From an uncultured Chitinophagales bacterium (GTDB lineage Bacteria; Bacteroidota; Ignavibacteria; UBA10030; F1-140-MAGs086), in contig CAYHPL010000005.1 of assembly GCA_964358705.1 (NCBI GenBank), forward strand, positions 4,566 to 68,565: a stretch of 64,000 nt of DNA, in the 5' to 3' direction. The translations under genes and the position numbers were made by a program. How positions within the stretch are numbered: the first letter of the stretch is position 1; the number at the start of each line of letters is the position of its first letter. Under the pieces are notes generated by a model that ran no database searches, had not been told where the DNA came from, and worked only from the letters and a program-made list of their open reading frames with translations. Below, in pieces: positions 59,028 to 64,000 of the stretch.

Positions 59028-61112
59028 CTATTTAACAATACTTCCTTCTGCAATTTCTTTTTCCGGCGTAACGAAACATAAATTTCCATTCGTATCACTT
59101 GCGGCAAGCATCATTCCCTGTGATTCGTTTCCCATTAATTTTGCTGGCTCTAAATTTGCAACTACGACAATTTTTTTTCCAATCAAATCTTCCGGTTTGT
59201 AATGTTCTGCAATACCTGCAAGGATTTGTCTCTCTTCCGTTCCGATTGTTACTTTCAACTTCAACAACTTTTTTGATTTCGGAATCAGCTCGCACGAAAG
59301 AATTTTTGCAACGCGCAATTCTATTTTCTTGAAATCGTCAATCGTTATTTTAGTTGGCTCGTTCGTTGGTTTGTTCGTTTGTTCGTTGGCTGGTTGATTT
59401 GTTGGTTGTTCCATTTTCTTTAAAATATTTTCTATTGCATCGTCTTCAATTTTTGCGAATAATATTTCTGGCTGCAACACTTGATGTCCCTCTTCTAATC
59501 GCAATTCTCTTGCACTGTCCCAATTATTTTCATTCAATGAATTTTTGATATTCAACATTGTAAAAATCTTCTCCGATGTAAAAGGGATAATCGGCTCAAT
59601 TAAAATAGCAAGTGAACGAATGGTCTGCACACATAAATTCAAAGTAGTAGCGCATTGCTGCGGATTATTTTTGAGTGAACTCCACGGCGCGTTATCATTG
59701 AAATATTTATTTGCAAAGCGTGCAAGATTCATTGCTTCTGCAACTCCATCGCGAAATTTATACGCATCAAAATATTTCCCAACTGCATCTGGCGCAGTAT
59801 TGAGTATTGAAACCAATTGTGTATCCAACGCATTGTGTTCTCCTCGTTTCGGAATTTTCCCTTCAAAATTTTTATGAAGAAACGTGAGTGTGCGATGAAT
59901 AAAATTTCCAAGAATATCTGCAAGTTCGCCATTGATGTGCGCCTGATAATCTTTCCAGTAAAAATCCGAATCAGCATTTTCTGGAGAAATTGTCGCAAGA
60001 TAATACCGCAACAAATCCGCCGAAAAAAGCGAGAGAAAATCGTCAACATCAATTCCCCAGTGCTTGCTTTTGGAAAATTTTTGTCCTTCAAAATTCAGGA
60101 ATTCATTCGCGGGAACATTTGTGGGCAAAACATATTTCCCTGCGTTAATATCGTTCCACGCCATAATCATCGCGGGAAAAACAATGCAGTGAAACACAAT
60201 ATTATCTTTGCCGATGAACGCAACGTATTTTGTATTTTCATCGTGCCAATACTCATTCCACAAATTTTCCTTGCCGATTTTTGTGCTCCATTCTTTCGTT
60301 GAAGAAATATAACCGAGCACCGCTTCAAACCACACATACAATACTTTTGTATCGTATCCCTCAAGCGGAACAGGAACTCCCCAATCCAAATCGCGTGTAA
60401 CTGCTCTATCGCGTAAACCATCATTGAACCAACCTTTGCATGAACTCAGCACATTGTCTTTCCATTTTTCTTTTTCATTGCTTACTTTTAAGTATTCTTC
60501 CAATCGCTGCTGATACTTTCCGAGCGGAAAATAAAAGTGCGTCGTGTCGCGAAGTGTTGGAGTTTCGCCGCTGAGCTTGCTTTTCGGATTTAATAATTCC
60601 GTTGCACTGTAATACGAGCCGCATTTTTCGCATTGGTCCCCGCGCGCTTCGGAATTTGCGCACACGGGACAAATTCCTTCCACATATCTATCCGGAAGAA
60701 ATTTTTGTTTTTTTTCGTCAAAATATTGTTGCTCTTTTTTTTCAACAAGAATGTTGCTCTTGAAAAATTCAAGAAAAAATTCTTTCGCAGTTTCGTGATG
60801 AAGTGGAAGCGATGTTCGTGAATAATTATCAAACGACATTCCGCATTTTTCAAACGTCGCTTTGTTTTGAAAATGAACTTTATCTACAACATTTTGCGGC
60901 GATGTGTTCTCTTTTTCTGCTGTAATCGTAATAGGAACGCCGTGTTCATCCGAGCCGCAAATAAAAATTACATCGCGTTTCATCGAGCGTTGGTAGCGAA
61001 CATAAATATCCGCAGGCAAATACGCTCCCGCTAAATGTCCAAGGTGAATTTTTCCATTTGCATACGGAAGCGCAGCAGTTACGAGTATTTTTTGTGAGTG
61101 TGTTTCTTTCAT
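59028..61112 (-). CDS. metG: Methionine--tRNA ligase
   Basis: ALPYANG.IHLGH, zinc knuckles, KFSKS, C-terminal tRNA-binding domain. Confidence 0.97.
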   Translation of the reverse strand: MKETHSQKILVTAALPYANGKIHLGHLAGAYLPADIYVRYQRSMKRDVIFICGSDEHGVPITITAEKENTSPQNVVDKVHFQNKATFEKCGMSFDNYSRTSLPLHHETAKEFFLEFFKSNILVEKKEQQYFDEKKQKFLPDRYVEGICPVCANSEARGDQCEKCGSYYSATELLNPKSKLSGETPTLRDTTHFYFPLGKYQQRLEEYLKVSNEKEKWKDNVLSSCKGWFNDGLRDRAVTRDLDWGVPVPLEGYDTKVLYVWFEAVLGYISSTKEWSTKIGKENLWNEYWHDENTKYVAFIGKDNIVFHCIVFPAMIMAWNDINAGKYVLPTNVPANEFLNFEGQKFSKSKHWGIDVDDFLSLFSADLLRYYLATISPENADSDFYWKDYQAHINGELADILGNFIHRTLTFLHKNFEGKIPKRGEHNALDTQLVSILNTAPDAVGKYFDAYKFRDGVAEAMNLARFANKYFNDNAPWSSLKNNPQQCATTLNLCVQTIRSLAILIEPIIPFTSEKIFTMLNIKNSLNENNWDSARELRLEEGHQVLQPEILFAKIEDDAIENILKKMEQPTNQPANEQTNKPTNEPTKITIDDFKKIELRVAKILSCELIPKSKKLLKLKVTIGTEERQILAGIAEHYKPEDLIGKKIVVVANLEPAKLMGNESQGMMLAASDTNGNLCFVTPEKEIAEGSIVK

Positions 61113-62245
61113 TATTTTCCCTGTAAAATCAGAGTGCGTAAATCAATTGCAAGCGTTGCTATGAGTAAACGAATATACACATTTTTGTCATTGAGTGAAA
61201 GAGCGTTTTCAAGCAATGCAATTGCATGTGCAACCTGAAAATTCGGATAGCGTGCAGCAAATTTCTGAAGAGAATCCTGCTGGTCAATATTAAAAATAGC
61301 GCCGCTGTGTTGCAGTGCAAAAACATCGCGAAACCAAAAAAGCAACAGAAGAATAAATTGCTTGAATGAAGCGCGGTCAAATTCTTTCGTCAGTTTTTCT
61401 GCATCATCAACTACTTCGCCCTCTGTTTTTGTTACAAGCGAGCGAAGAAAATCAAGGATGTGCAATCGTTCCGCAGGCAGATTTTCCCCGAGCAATTCAA
61501 GCGCGCGTCCGTAATTTCCAAAAGAGAGTTGTGCAATAAGTTTGGCATCTGTCTGTGAAATATTATTTTTTGTTGTAAGAGAATTTGCAATTTCACTCGA
61601 TTGTAAAATCTCGAATGGCACTTGCTGACAACGTGAAATTATCGTAGGCAATAGATTATTCAGATTTGATGTTGTAAGAATGAGAACAGTATTTGCAGGA
61701 GGTTCTTCGAGTGTTTTTAAAAACGCATTTTGCGCCTGCACATTCATCAGATGTGCATCAAAAATAATGACCACCCTTTTCCCTCCCGAAAAGAGTGAAA
61801 GCGAAAGTTCTTTTTTAACATCGCGTATTGTTGCAATGCGTATTGCTGTCGCTTTCGGAATTGCAATATGAACATACGGATTCTGTGCTTTCGCTGCTAT
61901 CTGCGCCTGTATTTCTTCAATAATATCTTTCGACGCTTTTGAAGTTACATCATCATCACTGCTATCGTCATCATTTTCACTTTTTACTGTTGGCATTGCA
62001 AACACTAATTTTAAATTCTGATGCTGCAATTTTGCAATGCGTTTACAGTTAGCACATTCATCGCATGCATTTCCATTTTCACTAATTGAACAGTTAAGCG
62101 CTTTCGTAAATTCAATTGCCATTGCATCTTTTCCGGTGCCATCGCTGCCATAAAAAAGATATGCCTGAGCAAATTGTTTGTGTAATATTGCGTTCTGCAA
62201 TATTTTTTTAACGCGCTCTTGTCCGACAATTGAAACCCAACTCAT
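61112..62245 (-). CDS. holB: DNA polymerase III delta-prime
   Basis: AYLFYG..GTGK, C....ACDECANC, AQNAFLKTLEEPP and TIISRCQ. Confidence 0.92.
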   Translation of the reverse strand: MSWVSIVGQERVKKILQNAILHKQFAQAYLFYGSDGTGKDAMAIEFTKALNCSISENGNACDECANCKRIAKLQHQNLKLVFAMPTVKSENDDDSSDDDVTSKASKDIIEEIQAQIAAKAQNPYVHIAIPKATAIRIATIRDVKKELSLSLFSGGKRVVIIFDAHLMNVQAQNAFLKTLEEPPANTVLILTTSNLNNLLPTIISRCQQVPFEILQSSEIANSLTTKNNISQTDAKLIAQLSFGNYGRALELLGENLPAERLHILDFLRSLVTKTEGEVVDDAEKLTKEFDRASFKQFILLLLFWFRDVFALQHSGAIFNIDQQDSLQKFAARYPNFQVAHAIALLENALSLNDKNVYIRLLIATLAIDLRTLILQGK

Positions 62246-62249
62246 TATT

Positions 62250-64000
62250 TTAAAAGGCGTGTCCTATACCAAAATGATATACTGCATCGCGAAACGTTTC
62301 ACCGAAAAATTGCCGCTGAAAAATAATTTGTTGTCCTTGTGCGGCGGAAGGGTCGTATGCTTTTAATCCGACATCAAACCGAAACGGACCGAAAAAAGTG
62401 TTGTAGCGAATGCCAAAGCCAGTCGCAACAGCAAGATAATTAATATTAAAATCCGTCAACTGACTCCACACATTGCCAACATCAAAAAAAGTAACAAACC
62501 ACACTTTATCCAATTCGAGAAATAAAAATTTTCCAAACCCACGAGTTATATTTATGCGCTCTTCAATATTCCCTTCAATCAAAAAGTTTCCTCCAAGGAC
62601 AAAATTTTCAGGCAGCGCTCCTAAATCTCTTGCACGCCAGCCGCGCACACTTCCGCTTCCACCGGCAAAATATCTTCTGTTAATTGGAATTTTTCGCGAT
62701 GTATCTGATTTACTTTCTCCGTACTTATCCTGATATCCTATTTTCATTTTTGCCGCGAGAACTGAAAAATTATCTCGTCCTGTTTCAAAGTACCATCGCC
62801 CGAGAACTGATGCGTTGTAGAATTGTGTAAAAGGTAAATCCGGTTGAATACTTTGAATGAGCAAAGGAAGAATTCCGGATTCCTCCAGCGTAACAGAATG
62901 GAAAAAACCAGACGACGGAGAAAAAATATCATTTGTTTTATCGCGCTGAAGTGTTGCGCTCAAAATTGAGTTAAACTGCGGACGTGTTTCCTCTCTCTCG
63001 TTAAATTTGTACCCTTCACTCGGAATTGTATCAACAAGAAACTCGACCTGCGAACGTTCAAGCGTCCATTCTAAAAATCCCTGCGTGTATGTTGCAAACT
63101 GATTTGTAATTCCGAATTTACTTCGAATAATATTTTGAATGTACTCAGGAAGTTTTTCTATGCGAAATGATAAACTTGTATTTGCGCTCATTGCGCGGCT
63201 GAAAACATACGGCTGTGTAACTGAAAAAGTCAAATCCACGCCGCCCACAACGGTTGGGTCTTTCAAACCATATTTCCCAAACACATTTGAAAAATTCCAT
63301 TGTTGCAATGATTGAAAACGAAACGTAAGCCGCGAACGAAAATTTCTTGCGCTGCCGTAAAAATTTCTATCTGTGTATCCGCCACCCAATCCAATATTGA
63401 ACGCATTATTCTCATCTGAAAAAGAAACTTCCGGGGAGAGGTCATACTTCGGACGCAGTGTGCCGACTATATTTATTGATGCATTTTTGGATTTAACAGA
63501 ATCAGGCGGAAAAGTAACATCAAGCCGTGCGGCTTCAAAAACTCCGAGCCGATTGAGATTGCGCTCAGATGAATTTTTTTTTTCGACACTGTAGAGTTCT
63601 CCTTTTTGAAAATCCATTTGATTTTCAAAAATTTCAAAATCCAACGTATCAATGGTAGAAGAACGCACCGCAAAACTTGTGCTACCGAAAATAAATTCTT
63701 TGTCGGTTTCAAACCAAAGATTAACAACGGCGCGACGATGAGAAATATATTTGAGAATGGAAGAACTATCTTTTATATACCGCGCTAATGGATAGCCACT
63801 ATTTTGCAGCAAAGAAATGATACGGGAAATTTCACGATTTAATGTTTGAATGACAAGTGGCGTTTTTTTTTGAAGCACGGATGCACTCACTATTTCTTGC
63901 CTTAAATTATCAGGAATTTTCCCTACTCCCAAAATTGCGATTGAATCAATAATGACCGGTTCATTTTCCGTTACCGAAATGGAAAGTGAAACATAATTTT
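62250..64000 (-). CDS. BamA/TamA-family outer-membrane protein (5' truncated by window edge)
   Basis: Frame is open to the window edge; POTRA-like region, FAGGSGSVRGW, GPFRFD and terminal HFGIGHAF. Confidence 0.9.
   Translation of the reverse strand, partial: NYVSLSISVTENEPVIIDSIAILGVGKIPDNLRQEIVSASVLQKKTPLVIQTLNREISRIISLLQNSGYPLARYIKDSSSILKYISHRRAVVNLWFETDKEFIFGSTSFAVRSSTIDTLDFEIFENQMDFQKGELYSVEKKNSSERNLNRLGVFEAARLDVTFPPDSVKSKNASINIVGTLRPKYDLSPEVSFSDENNAFNIGLGGGYTDRNFYGSARNFRSRLTFRFQSLQQWNFSNVFGKYGLKDPTVVGGVDLTFSVTQPYVFSRAMSANTSLSFRIEKLPEYIQNIIRSKFGITNQFATYTQGFLEWTLERSQVEFLVDTIPSEGYKFNEREETRPQFNSILSATLQRDKTNDIFSPSSGFFHSVTLEESGILPLLIQSIQPDLPFTQFYNASVLGRWYFETGRDNFSVLAAKMKIGYQDKYGESKSDTSRKIPINRRYFAGGSGSVRGWRARDLGALPENFVLGGNFLIEGNIEERINITRGFGKFLFLELDKVWFVTFFDVGNVWSQLTDFNINYLAVATGFGIRYNTFFGPFRFDVGLKAYDPSAAQGQQIIFQRQFFGETFRDAVYHFGIGHAF

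Overview
AT-rich 64 kb chromosomal segment from an FCB-group bacterium, most likely Ignavibacteria-like (inferred from T9SS C-terminal domains of the QNYPNPFNP type, Gln-starting mature proteins and TAnnTTTG-like promoters). Most of it is housekeeping: rlmB, lgt, PTS IIA, nadE-larE-larB, acyl-CoA carboxylase beta, amrA/amrB, glyS, clpC, dusB, a DEAD-box helicase, metG, holB, two Omp85 genes and two tRNA-Pro. Two things stand out. (1) At 1157-9884 a compact six-gene minus-strand operon looks like a complete trans-envelope electron conduit. It encodes a His-rich inner-membrane protein, a TPR maturation factor, a 20-heme cytochrome, a 32(+2 atypical)-heme cytochrome built from 73-aa tri-heme repeats, a beta-barrel, and a membrane-anchored, circularly permuted thioredoxin-reductase-like flavoprotein fused to a ferredoxin. 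(2) At 24393-27373 an intact carboxyltransferase gene is bracketed by diverged, mostly synonymous copies of its own 5' and 3' ends. A REP-flanked HUH transposase sits on one side and a RelE-type toxin-antitoxin pair on the other. Many small palindromic or short-repeat elements are scattered between genes, and some appear to have been absorbed in-frame into coding sequence. All calls come from reading motifs by eye; no database searches were run.
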